Source of the DNA: a phage
Assembly: GCA_020279385.1 (NCBI GenBank)
Contig: GCA_020279385.1_4762.2
Direction: 5' to 3' (one strand)
Length of the DNA: 64,000 bases
How positions within the stretch are numbered: position 1 is the first letter of the stretch; every line of letters starts with the position of its first letter. The position numbers and the translations under genes were made by a program. Positions 9,130-17,760 of this stretch are shown here, piece by piece. The notes beneath the pieces are model-generated. The model had not been told where the DNA came from, searched no databases, and was given only the letters and a program-made list of their open reading frames with translations.

Positions 9130-9459
9130 ATGTGGACAGTAGAAAAAATCGTAGACGAATCAACCGAAATTGTCTCATGCGGGACTATTGAAGAATGTCT
9201 TAACGCCGCTAACCGCGATTGTATTACGGTTTATGAATCTCGTCGCGGGGATGGCAGCTTAATTCAAAGTGATTATCGTTACACCGCACATAAAATTGTA
9301 TTCCGTTTCTGGGAAAACGGTGTTAATGTTGGTGTCAGCTTACTGAAAATGTGGCGTGATTATTCCGAACGCTATTATGTTTCTCCCGATGATGGTAATG
9401 AATTTAAAACCGAGATCACAGAAGAAAATGTAAACGAAAACTTCTTTAAACTGATTTGA
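9130..9459 (+). CDS. hypothetical protein (109 aa)
   Basis: ATG 9130 after promoter and RBS; no recognisable motif. Confidence 0.5.
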   Translation: MWTVEKIVDESTEIVSCGTIEECLNAANRDCITVYESRRGDGSLIQSDYRYTAHKIVFRFWENGVNVGVSLLKMWRDYSERYYVSPDDGNEFKTEITEENVNENFFKLI

Positions 9460-9473
9460 CAGGAGATTATATT

Positions 9474-10043
9474 ATGATTCAATGTGTATTTGCGATTGGT
9501 AACACTAAAATGTCGGATGAAAATTGGGCTTTTGGTTTTAAAGGTGGCTTACCGTGGGGTCGTCCAATCAAAAAAGATATGGAAAACTTTCAAATCCGCA
9601 CTATTGGTGAGGTTGATTTTTCTGCGGTAGTAATGGGACGCAATACCTTTGAAAGTCTGCCTAAAGCACTTTGGGGACGTTTGAATGTGGTTGTTAGCAC
9701 CGATACCAACAAGCCAGAACCGAAAGCTAAAAACGGCGACCAACCTGATGTGTATACTGGAATTGAATTGAAGGATCTGTTAAAAGCCCTAGAGAAAACG
9801 CAAGGTTTGGTAAGTGTTATCGGCGGACCTTCCCTGATTGAAAAAGCGGTTGACTTTGCGGACCGTATTGTGTTAACGTATGTTCAACGTTCAGGGATCA
9901 ACGATCCATTTGAATATGATGTTGGAATCTCTAAGGAAATGATTCAGGAATTATATTTTGACTTTGCAACAAAAGAAGAACATAGTTACTTCCTTGATGA
10001 TTACCTGATCAGCGAACAAATTTTAGAACGTAAGAAGGCGTAA
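9474..10043 (+). CDS. frd: dihydrofolate reductase
   Basis: GLPWGRPIKKDMENF, VVMGRNTFESLP, VSVIGGPSLIE DHFR motifs; ATG 9474 with RBS AGGAG (track start 9456 is TTG). Confidence 0.9.
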   Translation: MIQCVFAIGNTKMSDENWAFGFKGGLPWGRPIKKDMENFQIRTIGEVDFSAVVMGRNTFESLPKALWGRLNVVVSTDTNKPEPKAKNGDQPDVYTGIELKDLLKALEKTQGLVSVIGGPSLIEKAVDFADRIVLTYVQRSGINDPFEYDVGISKEMIQELYFDFATKEEHSYFLDDYLISEQILERKKA

Positions 10044-10044
10044 C

Positions 10045-10137
10045 ATGAAAATTCTGACAGATTATGAGTGCAAACATTGTGGTGAATCTTTGATGTTTGC
10101 TGGTAGTCGGTGTTTACACTGCGGACGGGAACAATAA
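10045..10137 (+). CDS. possible tiny Zn-ribbon protein (30 aa)
   Basis: MKILTDYECKHCGESLMFAGSRCLHCGREQ; CxxC...CxxC; start overlaps frd stop, stop overlaps next ATG (TAATG). Confidence 0.3.
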   Translation: MKILTDYECKHCGESLMFAGSRCLHCGREQ

Positions 10138-10400
10138 TGAAAATCAGTATTATTCGATTATGGTCGGCAACCCATGAAAACTACGCAGTAGCAGAAGATC
10201 TTTACGGGTTGCAATATCTCTATGATGAATCGAAAGCGTCATGGTTTCCTGTACAAGAAAATAGCGATATATCAAGACCTGTTACTGTATTCGGTCCAGA
10301 CGATATTTTTATTAACATTAGCGAGACAGTAGCAAAACTGCGTAAGAAAGCAAAGAAAAAGGGGAAGTGGGATGAAAGAATATTTGAAACTGTTACGTGA
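10137..10400 (+). CDS. hypothetical protein (87 aa)
   Basis: ATG 10137 coupled to upstream ORF; overlaps td start. Confidence 0.45.
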   Translation: MKISIIRLWSATHENYAVAEDLYGLQYLYDESKASWFPVQENSDISRPVTVFGPDDIFINISETVAKLRKKAKKKGKWDERIFETVT

Positions 10401-11607
10401 TGTTATTGATAATGGCTGGCCTCGTGAAGACCGCACGGGGGTAGGTACGCTCTCTAAATTCGGCGCAGAGATGCGAATTGATTTAAGCAAGGGTTTCCCC
10501 TTACTGACCACTAAAAAGATGGCTACAGCCTCTGTAATTGGCGAATTGCTATGGTTTATGGAGGGATCACTTGACCGCCGTCGCTTACAGGAAATTACAC
10601 GCGGCAAGTTTGACGAGGAAGCCTTTGATATTTGGCGCGGCAACTGTCTTGATATGAAAGAAAAGAATCCCTTGCGATTCAATGGTTATAATGTCGGCAA
10701 TATGTATGGTATGGCGTGGCGACGCAAACCGATTCATCCACACGGTGAAATCAAAATTAAGCGAGTTAAGAGCAAATATGCACATACATTTAAGCACCCG
10801 TGGGTAGAAGACTTTACGCCAACCAATGAAACAGAAGACCGTTTATGTGCTATCTGGCGTGGTATGCGTTATGAAGAGTTTGATTCTGAATATAATCAAT
10901 TCTTAGTAGCCGATCACTGGAAGACTCAATCTAATTTTGTTAATGATGCATATTGCTTGTGGGGATTCCAGGAATGGGTAGATGATGGTTATTTCGGTTA
11001 TCTGCTTGATAGTGATTATCTGGGTGGGGATATTTTAGCACCAGATACCACGATCTTTGCTAGTATGGACGTAGACACATCAAGCACTAAAGACGATGAA
11101 GAATATGTCTATCGCCCGAAGATTTGGGAAGACCAGTTACAAAAAGTTATTGACATGATCAAGAATGATCCGTATAGTCGTCGTATTATCATTGATTCAT
11201 GGAACGTACAGGAAACGCATAATGCTGTGTTAGGTGTATGTCATCCGATGGTACAGTTTTATGTTTCCAACGACAACAAATTGAGTTGTTTATTTTTCAT
11301 GCGTTCGAATGATCTCTTTTTAGGGAATCCGTTCAACGTAGCGAGCTATGCACTGTTAACGCATATCATCGCGAAGATTTGCGGGTTAGAAGTTGGCGAA
11401 CTGGTTTATCAGTGTGGGGATTGCCACATTTACAAAAACCATTTTGATCAAGTTATGGAACAGTTAAGCCGTGTTCCGTTTGATAAACCAACAATTGAGT
11501 TGCCGGAATTTAAGTCTTTAGATGAGGTATTGACAAAGACTCCGAAAGACTTTAAAATTCACAACTATCAAAGCCATCCAGCAATCACCGCTCAAATGGC
11601 AGTATAA
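10372..11607 (+). CDS. td: thymidylate synthase with ~110 aa internal insertion
   Basis: 411 aa; TS motifs RTGVGTL, LLWFMEG, PYSRRIIIDSWNV, CHPMVQFYV, FMRSNDLFLGNPFNVASYALL, GDCHIYKNH; extra segment between GMAWRR and DQLQKVI versus ~8 aa in E. coli ThyA. Confidence 0.9.
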   Translation: MKEYLKLLRDVIDNGWPREDRTGVGTLSKFGAEMRIDLSKGFPLLTTKKMATASVIGELLWFMEGSLDRRRLQEITRGKFDEEAFDIWRGNCLDMKEKNPLRFNGYNVGNMYGMAWRRKPIHPHGEIKIKRVKSKYAHTFKHPWVEDFTPTNETEDRLCAIWRGMRYEEFDSEYNQFLVADHWKTQSNFVNDAYCLWGFQEWVDDGYFGYLLDSDYLGGDILAPDTTIFASMDVDTSSTKDDEEYVYRPKIWEDQLQKVIDMIKNDPYSRRIIIDSWNVQETHNAVLGVCHPMVQFYVSNDNKLSCLFFMRSNDLFLGNPFNVASYALLTHIIAKICGLEVGELVYQCGDCHIYKNHFDQVMEQLSRVPFDKPTIELPEFKSLDEVLTKTPKDFKIHNYQSHPAITAQMAV

Positions 11608-11610
11608 ACA

Positions 11611-11627
11611 AAAGGGGGCGAAAGCCC
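11611..11627. other. GC hairpin (GGGGGCGAAAGCCCCC) between td and nrdA
   Basis: Perfect stem-loop; no plus-strand T tract, so probably an RNA structure rather than a strong terminator. Confidence 0.4.
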
Positions 11628-11676
11628 CCAATATGGAGGATAAACTTGTTCCTGCTAAAATATGAAGTGAGGTAAT

Positions 11677-13920
11677 ATGATTAAAAATGTTGTTAAGTCT
11701 TCCGGTCTGACTGTTCCGTTTGAAAAAGAAAAAGTAATGAAAATTCTGGAAGCGGCAGCCGAAGGTCATAACGTTGATCCATATGAATTGTTTGATATGG
11801 TTGAACCACTTCTGACAGAAGGTATGTCTACCAATGATATCCAGAAAGTATTGATTAAGGTCGCCGCAGATAACATTACTGTAGAAACTCCTGATTATCA
11901 ATATGTAGCAAGTAACCTTGCAATGTTCGCGCTTCGTAAATCAGTATACGGTCAATTCCAACCTATTGATTTTTATAGCCATATTGAGCGTAATATTGCA
12001 ACCGGAAAATATGATCGCGAAATTCTACAAAAGTATTCCCGTGAAGAAGTGGAATATCTGGAGAAATTCATCGACCATAAACTTGATTTTAAAATGACCT
12101 ATGCTGGTGCGATGCAGTTAAAAGAGAAATATCTTGTTCAGGATCGCAGCACTAAGAAAATCATCGAAACACCGCAATTTGCGTATATGCTGATCGGTAT
12201 GTGCTTACATCAAGAAGAGACAGAAAATCGACTTGAACATGTGATTGATTTTTATAATGCTGTTGCGAATAAGCAAATCTCTCTGCCTACTCCGATTATG
12301 GCAGGTGTGCGTACCCCAACACGCCAATTTAGTTCGTGTGTGGTGATTGAAAGTGATGACTCATTGCAGGGTATTAATGAAACCGCAAATGCAATCATTA
12401 AGTATATTAGCAAGCGTGCTGGTATCGGTATCAACGCTGGCATGATTCGCGCGGAAGGATCTAAGATCGGGCATGGTGAAGTTCGTCATACTGGCGTTAT
12501 CCCATTCTGGAAACATTTTCAGACTGCCGTTAAGTCATGCTCACAAGGCGGTATTCGTGGAGGGGCAGCTACTCTCTATTACCCAATGTGGCATTTAGAG
12601 TTTGAAAGTCTGATTGTGTTAAAGAACAATAAGGGGGTGGAAGATAACCGCATTCGTCATCTTGATTACGGCGTACAGATTAATAACCTGATGGTAGAGC
12701 GATTCCTTAAACGGGATTACATTACTCTGTTTAGTCCAGATGTTGCAGGTGGCTTGTTGTGGGATCTGTACTTCCGAGATGAGGAAGGTTTCCGCCAGCT
12801 TTACGAAAAACTGGAAAAAGATCCGAGTGTTCGTAAAACTCGTGTTAAAGCCGAAGACCTGTTTTTAGCGGTGGCAATTGAACGTTTTAACACTGGTCGA
12901 ATCTACCCAACATTCACAGACAACATGAACAATCACGGGGCGTTTATTCGTAATGTAGCACCAATTAAACAATCTAACCTGTGTTGTGAAATTGCTCTGC
13001 CTACTAAACCGATGGGGCGTGATGATTCAGAGATCAGCCTATGTACTTTGGCAGCATATGTTTTAGGTAATTTCGATATCGAAAACATGGAAGAAGTAGA
13101 ACGCATTGCTATGGTTATGGTGCGTGCACTTGACAACCTGTTAGATTATCAGGATTATCCTGTAGAACAAGCTCTGACAGCCAAAAAACGTCGCTCTCTG
13201 GGTGTTGGTGTTACTAACTTTGCGTCATATCTAGCGGATAATTTCTTCACATATGAAGACGCTAACGAGTTTACGCATAAAACGTTTGAACGCTTGCAAT
13301 ATGCTCTGATTAAGGCTAGTGTGCAACTGGCTAAAGAGAAGGGTGCTTGCGAACTGATGCACGAAACACGTTATGGACGCGGTGAACTGCCTATCGACTG
13401 GTACAAAAAGACAGTAGATGAACTGGTTGATCCTGTGTATGAGATGGATTGGGAAGAACTGCGCGAAGACCTGAAAAAATATGGCATTCGTAATAGTACG
13501 CTTTCGGCTCTGATGCCTTGTGAGTCGTCTTCTCAGGTATCTAACAGCACAAACGGTATTGAACCGCCTCGCGGGATTGTATCGGTTAAAGGATCGAAAG
13601 AAGGGCAATTTAATCAGGTTATTCCGAACGTAGAGAATAATGCTGATGTTATTGACCTGCTTTGGACACTGATCAAGAAAGGTAACAAGCCCTATCTGAC
13701 ACTGGCAGCGATCATGCAGAAGTTTGTAGATCAGGCGATTAGTTCCAATACATCCTATGATCCAAGCACTTATAAGACTGGTAAAGTCGATATTGCTGAT
13801 GTGTTAGATGATATGTTGTTCGCTCAACATTACGGTCTGAAAACCCTGTATTATGCGAACGTTCGCGACGGTGCAGATGGTACGGAAGACGCTAGCGAGT
13901 GCTCATCTTGCAAGCTGTAA
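11677..13920 (+). CDS. nrdA: ribonucleotide reductase large subunit
   Basis: 747 aa; class Ia RNR alpha features (active-site NLCCEI, C-terminal redox Cys pair ECSSCKL). Confidence 0.95.
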   Translation: MIKNVVKSSGLTVPFEKEKVMKILEAAAEGHNVDPYELFDMVEPLLTEGMSTNDIQKVLIKVAADNITVETPDYQYVASNLAMFALRKSVYGQFQPIDFYSHIERNIATGKYDREILQKYSREEVEYLEKFIDHKLDFKMTYAGAMQLKEKYLVQDRSTKKIIETPQFAYMLIGMCLHQEETENRLEHVIDFYNAVANKQISLPTPIMAGVRTPTRQFSSCVVIESDDSLQGINETANAIIKYISKRAGIGINAGMIRAEGSKIGHGEVRHTGVIPFWKHFQTAVKSCSQGGIRGGAATLYYPMWHLEFESLIVLKNNKGVEDNRIRHLDYGVQINNLMVERFLKRDYITLFSPDVAGGLLWDLYFRDEEGFRQLYEKLEKDPSVRKTRVKAEDLFLAVAIERFNTGRIYPTFTDNMNNHGAFIRNVAPIKQSNLCCEIALPTKPMGRDDSEISLCTLAAYVLGNFDIENMEEVERIAMVMVRALDNLLDYQDYPVEQALTAKKRRSLGVGVTNFASYLADNFFTYEDANEFTHKTFERLQYALIKASVQLAKEKGACELMHETRYGRGELPIDWYKKTVDELVDPVYEMDWEELREDLKKYGIRNSTLSALMPCESSSQVSNSTNGIEPPRGIVSVKGSKEGQFNQVIPNVENNADVIDLLWTLIKKGNKPYLTLAAIMQKFVDQAISSNTSYDPSTYKTGKVDIADVLDDMLFAQHYGLKTLYYANVRDGADGTEDASECSSCKL

Positions 13921-13928
13921 AATAAGTG

Positions 13929-13957
13929 TTGACGCGGGGAGAAATCCCCGCTATAAT
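13929..13957 (+). promoter_or_regulatory. sigma70-type promoter (TTGACG-17-TATAAT) with palindromic spacer
   Basis: Spacer contains inverted repeat CGGGGAGAAATCCCCG; leader acaaccatcaaaaacaagtgagga. Confidence 0.65.
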
Positions 13958-13988
13958 ACAACCATCAAAAACAAGTGAGGATTTTATT

Positions 13989-14156
13989 ATGACCAAATTA
14001 AAATGTGTTGCTGTAGATTTTGAGCTAGCTGATAGCTTTGTTGTCGGTGATGTATATGAGGCTCGATATGATGGGACTTGCTACTACGTTGAGGATGAAT
14101 ACGGCGTAGAATGGGCTATTCTTCCCGATGATAAATGTTTTGAGGTTGTAGGATAA
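13989..14156 (+). CDS. hypothetical small protein (55 aa)
   Basis: ATG 13989 downstream of promoter and RBS GTGAGGA; track start 13926 lies inside the promoter. Confidence 0.45.
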   Translation: MTKLKCVAVDFELADSFVVGDVYEARYDGTCYYVEDEYGVEWAILPDDKCFEVVG

Positions 14157-14329
14157 TGGCTACTGTATGGTTATTGATTGCAATAAGCAATTCAATGTAT
14201 AATTACGGAAATATGTCAAGCATTGAGTTTGCAACAAAGCAGGATTGCGTTAAAGCTCGCGAGATTATCCGTGAAGACAATAAACGCTTTATGAATCTAT
14301 ATTGCGTTGAAAAACAAAAGGTGAACTAA
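14156..14329 (+). CDS. hypothetical small protein (57 aa), tandem paralog 1
   Basis: MATVWLLIAISNS...; ATG overlaps previous stop (TAATG); below track length cutoff. Confidence 0.4.
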   Translation: MATVWLLIAISNSMYNYGNMSSIEFATKQDCVKAREIIREDNKRFMNLYCVEKQKVN

Positions 14330-14496
14330 TGGCTACATTATGGTTATTGCTTTCCGTTAGCGTAGGATCATATAATAAAGGAACTGTTACCAGCGTGGAG
14401 TTTTCATCACATCAAAGCTGTTTTGAAGCCGTGCAGGAATTGCAACAGGATAACGAAATAAACAGAAATACTAAGTTCTTTTGTGTTAAAAAGTGA
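14329..14496 (+). CDS. hypothetical small protein (55 aa), tandem paralog 2
   Basis: MATLWLLLSVSVGS... shares N-terminal MAT(V/L)WLL and central SxEF...C motif with preceding ORF. Confidence 0.4.
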   Translation: MATLWLLLSVSVGSYNKGTVTSVEFSSHQSCFEAVQELQQDNEINRNTKFFCVKK

Positions 14497-14511
14497 TAGT
14501 GAGGTGAATTA

Positions 14512-15699
14512 ATGAGCGTATTTAACCGCGAACATGTTGATATTATGAACGAACCGATGTTTCTGGGTAGTGGGTTGGGTATCGCTCGCTATGATATTCA
14601 GCGTCATCAAGTATTTGAAGAACTGATCGAAAAGCAATTGTCATTTTTCTGGCGTCCCGAAGAGATTTCACTTGCAACCGACCGCATACAATATCTTAAT
14701 ATGGGTGACGTTGAAAAGCGTTTCTTTACCGAAAACTTGAAGTATCAGACATTACTTGATTCTATTCAAGGTCGCGCACCGTCCGCAGCATTTGGTCCAA
14801 TTGTATCTGATCCAACTCTCGATACATGGTTGCAAACATGGACATTCAGCGAAACGATTCATAGCCGAAGCTATACACACATTATGCGTAACTGTTTCAT
14901 TGATCCGGCTAGTGAGTTCGACCAGATCATCGATAACCCTGCTATCATGAAGCGAGCGGAATCTATCGGGAAATATTATGATGATGTTCTTTATTGGATT
15001 CGTAAGTATGAGAATGCAAAAGAAGATCTCCGCTATTGGGAAGAAGAAGTTCTCCACCACTATTGGGAAGAACGAGACGATCAGACAGAATTAGATGATG
15101 CAAGAAGATTTTTTGAAGATACAAAACGAGATCTGATGGCTTCGATTTATCTGTGTGCACACTGCGTCAATGCACTGGAAGCAATCCGTTTTTATGTGTC
15201 CTTTGCATGTACTTTCAGCTTTGCCGAACGTGGTTTACTGGAAGGTAACGCGAAGATCATGAAATTTATTGCGCGTGATGAACAACTTCATTTAAAAGGC
15301 ACACAATACATTATTCGTCAATGGCAAACGGGGGGTGATGGTGATGAGTGGAAACAGATTGCGGAAGAACTTGAAGGCGAAGCAACGAAAATCTTTCTGG
15401 ATGTTGTCGAGCAAGAAAAAGAATGGGTAGACCACCTATTCGCAATGGGGGCAATTCCTAACCTGTCACCGGAAATTCTGAAAACCTATGTAGAATACCT
15501 GGCAGATTCCCGTATGCGTGCTGTCGGACTGAAAAGCCCGTTTAGTGTTCGTCGTCATCCGTTACCGTGGATGCGTAAGTGGTTAAACTCTGACGAAGTT
15601 CAAAACGCGGCGCAAGAAGTAGAGATTATGTATCTGGTGTCTCAGGTTAATACCGATTTAACAGACGATGACTACAACCGATTCGGTAAATATCTATGA
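14512..15699 (+). CDS. nrdB: ribonucleotide reductase small subunit
   Basis: 395 aa; di-iron/tyrosyl radical protein pattern (SETIHSRSYTHI, EAIRFYVSFACTFSF, ARDEQLH); uninterrupted ORF. Confidence 0.95.
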   Translation: MSVFNREHVDIMNEPMFLGSGLGIARYDIQRHQVFEELIEKQLSFFWRPEEISLATDRIQYLNMGDVEKRFFTENLKYQTLLDSIQGRAPSAAFGPIVSDPTLDTWLQTWTFSETIHSRSYTHIMRNCFIDPASEFDQIIDNPAIMKRAESIGKYYDDVLYWIRKYENAKEDLRYWEEEVLHHYWEERDDQTELDDARRFFEDTKRDLMASIYLCAHCVNALEAIRFYVSFACTFSFAERGLLEGNAKIMKFIARDEQLHLKGTQYIIRQWQTGGDGDEWKQIAEELEGEATKIFLDVVEQEKEWVDHLFAMGAIPNLSPEILKTYVEYLADSRMRAVGLKSPFSVRRHPLPWMRKWLNSDEVQNAAQEVEIMYLVSQVNTDLTDDDYNRFGKYL

Positions 15700-16172
15700 T
15701 ATATTTTGTCGATTTAGATTTTACGATCACAGATCCAACACATCGACTAGCAAAGATGCCAACCGAAAATCTTGATAAAGTCGAGTCATGGATCGAATAT
15801 AACAAGGCATGTGGGGGAGATTCCCCCATTTACGATGTAATTCGTGTTATTAATGCTCTTTCCGACAACGGGCATTTGATTTACATCCTCACCGGACGAA
15901 GTTCACATGCTTACATGGAAACAATTGATTGGTTAATTTCTAACGGGGTGTGTTTTGATAAAATCTTTATGAGAGGCCGTACCGATTCCCGTAAAGATTA
16001 TCACATCAAATTAGAGGTAATTAAATCCTTTGATAAAGATGAAGTTGTCGGAGTCTTTGAGGATAACCCAGAAGTGATTAAAGTTTTGCGTGAAAATGGT
16101 TATCGTGTCTTTGACGTAGGAAATCACAAAGATAAGACGCGAGCGGATATTGCAAATCACGGTCATGATTAA
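15696..16172 (+). CDS. HAD-superfamily phosphatase (nucleotidase-like)
   Basis: 158 aa; N-terminal DxDxT motif (FVDLDFTIT), later ILTGR and FEDNPE acidic motif; start overlaps nrdB stop (ATGA). Confidence 0.6.
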   Translation: MIYFVDLDFTITDPTHRLAKMPTENLDKVESWIEYNKACGGDSPIYDVIRVINALSDNGHLIYILTGRSSHAYMETIDWLISNGVCFDKIFMRGRTDSRKDYHIKLEVIKSFDKDEVVGVFEDNPEVIKVLRENGYRVFDVGNHKDKTRADIANHGHD

Positions 16173-16183
16173 TGTTTGTTCAA

Positions 16184-16211
16184 AGTCGCCCATAGTGGCG
16201 ACTTTTTTGTT
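16184..16211 (+). terminator. rho-independent terminator
   Basis: AGTCGCC-loop-GGCGACT hairpin followed by TTTTTTGTT. Confidence 0.75.
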
Positions 16212-16219
16212 ATTGGGTG

Positions 16220-16248
16220 TTGATAATCGGATCTTGCCATAGCATAAT
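16220..16248 (+). promoter_or_regulatory. sigma70-type promoter (TTGATA-17-CATAAT)
   Basis: Followed by leader cgcacatcgaaacggagga and ATG 16273. Confidence 0.6.
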
Positions 16249-16272
16249 ACGCACATCGAAACGGAGGAACAT

Positions 16273-16491
16273 ATGGAAACAGAAGAACAAGTCATTGCAT
16301 ATTTTCATCGTAAAAAGATGAAACTTAGAATCGAAAAACAGTACATCAATCACTATATTGACCGAGTCCACTTAACAAGTACACCTTACCTATTCCGGTT
16401 GATAAACCCTCGAAAACGGTGGGATAAGTTGGATAGAAACACAAAAATAATTGATAAGCTCACTCAATGGTGGAATGAATACAACAAGTAA
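16273..16491 (+). CDS. hypothetical protein (72 aa)
   Basis: Promoter + RBS GGAGGA + ATG. Confidence 0.5.
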   Translation: METEEQVIAYFHRKKMKLRIEKQYINHYIDRVHLTSTPYLFRLINPRKRWDKLDRNTKIIDKLTQWWNEYNK

Positions 16492-16498
16492 AAAGTAG

Positions 16499-16527
16499 TT
16501 GACACTGAATAACGGGGGTAGTAATAT
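16499..16527 (+). promoter_or_regulatory. PeSL-like promoter cassette (TTGACA-17-TAATAT) with hairpin spanning -10
   Basis: Inverted repeat GGGGGTA...TACCCCC around -10; leader catcgaaacgaaacaaaggagaatcaaa; near-identical copy at 16780. Confidence 0.7.
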
Positions 16528-16560
16528 ACCCCCATCGAAACGAAACAAAGGAGAATCAAA

Positions 16561-16779
16561 ATGAAATTTACTTGCACCGACTCTATCAGCAAACACTTTG
16601 TAGTAGGAGAAGTATACGAATCTACTACCATTCGCCAGCGTGACCTGATGGGTCGCCTTTACAATCAGCCAGTATTCATTATTGGTGAAGAATTGTTCTA
16701 CATTGAAAACCGTCCGTGGGTTGCTTTCAATAAACGAGGACGCAAGGTAGCAAAATTCGAACTTGTCATTAAAAAGTAG
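16561..16779 (+). CDS. hypothetical protein (72 aa)
   Basis: ATG after conserved leader. Confidence 0.5.
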   Translation: MKFTCTDSISKHFVVGEVYESTTIRQRDLMGRLYNQPVFIIGEELFYIENRPWVAFNKRGRKVAKFELVIKK

Positions 16780-16808
16780 TTGACAGCATGAAACGGGGGT
16801 AGTAATAT
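16780..16808 (+). promoter_or_regulatory. PeSL-like promoter cassette (TTGACA-17-TAATAT), copy of 16499 cassette
   Basis: Same hairpin/-10 and leader as the 16499 cassette. Confidence 0.7.
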
Positions 16809-16849
16809 ACCCCCATCGAAACGAAACTAACTTACTAAGGAGTATCAAG

Positions 16850-17248
16850 ATGATTAAATTTCAAACTCGCAAAGACGTTCTGGACTTCGTTAAAGTTTTC
16901 GGTTACGCTGCATTGCAACATGCAATGGACAAAATGACCATCTCCCCAGATCAGACTATGCTGATCCGTATGGTTAAAGCAACCGCCTACAAAAACGACA
17001 TTACCCTCTCAGAAATCAACGACGGTAATAATGTCCGCGAGGTAATTGTTTCTTTCGAATCACCGAAAATTGGCGGTTTTCATACCACGATGTTAGGTGA
17101 AATCACTGTCACTGTATACGGGCAAGGTGGCGGAGTGTTTACCGTCAAAGAAGCAATGGAAAACGGAACACTGAACAAAGAAAAACTGGAATTTGTCCTG
17201 AAAATCATCAAGGAGCGTAACGAAGCTCGCGATATTCTGGAAAGTTAA
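16850..17248 (+). CDS. hypothetical protein (132 aa)
   Basis: ATG after cassette leader and RBS AAGGAG. Confidence 0.5.
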   Translation: MIKFQTRKDVLDFVKVFGYAALQHAMDKMTISPDQTMLIRMVKATAYKNDITLSEINDGNNVREVIVSFESPKIGGFHTTMLGEITVTVYGQGGGVFTVKEAMENGTLNKEKLEFVLKIIKERNEARDILES

Positions 17249-17255
17249 TAAGGTG

Positions 17256-17280
17256 GGCGGGAGAAATCCCGCCTTTGTTG
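17256..17280 (+). terminator. rho-independent terminator
   Basis: GGCGGGA-GAAA-TCCCGCC hairpin followed by TTTGTTG. Confidence 0.7.
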
Positions 17281-17298
17281 TGACGTGAGGAAAGGATA

Positions 17299-17760
17299 AT
17301 GATTAATGAGCTAATAGAAAACTATGGATTCGTTAAATATTCATGTTTAGAGTGTAAAGATGGTGATGTGATTCTACCGCCTCAGAAGAACCGTTTAAAT
17401 GTTCTTTACGCTATTGTGGTTGATGATGAACTGGTATATATTGGTCAGACTGTTAATCTCAGAAAGCGGATCAATTATTACCGGACTAGCATTAACAGAC
17501 AGACACCAACGGCGGATACTCGCAAGAGTAAGAATATTCATAAGGCGCTAGAGGAAGGGAAGACAGTAACATTCTATTACCGCCAGTGCTTTGAGTTATA
17601 TATTGAGAATCCAACGGGTAAAGATATTATAAGCACTGCCGATATCGAAGAACCTGTTTTGATCACCAAATTTAAACCAGAATGGAACACAAATTATGTC
17701 AACAAAAGAAAACAACAAAAAAGTTTTAGCATTGTTCAAAAATCTGATGGCACTATGTGA
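17299..17760 (+). CDS. denA: endonuclease II (GIY-YIG nuclease)
   Basis: VLYAIVVDDELVYIGQTVNLRKRINYYRT GIY-YIG core closely resembles T4 EndoII; lies between nrdB and rnlA as in T4. Confidence 0.8.
   Translation: MINELIENYGFVKYSCLECKDGDVILPPQKNRLNVLYAIVVDDELVYIGQTVNLRKRINYYRTSINRQTPTADTRKSKNIHKALEEGKTVTFYYRQCFELYIENPTGKDIISTADIEEPVLITKFKPEWNTNYVNKRKQQKSFSIVQKSDGTM

Noticed and set aside
11611-11627. GGGGGCGAAAGCCCCC hairpin as a rho-independent terminator for td
   Set aside because: No T tract follows on the plus strand (a T-rich run is only on the opposite strand, where no gene ends); annotated as a hairpin only.
10372-15699. Group I introns in td and nrdB as in T4
   Set aside because: Both ORFs are continuous and full-length in one frame; the td length excess is an in-frame insertion, not an interrupted gene.
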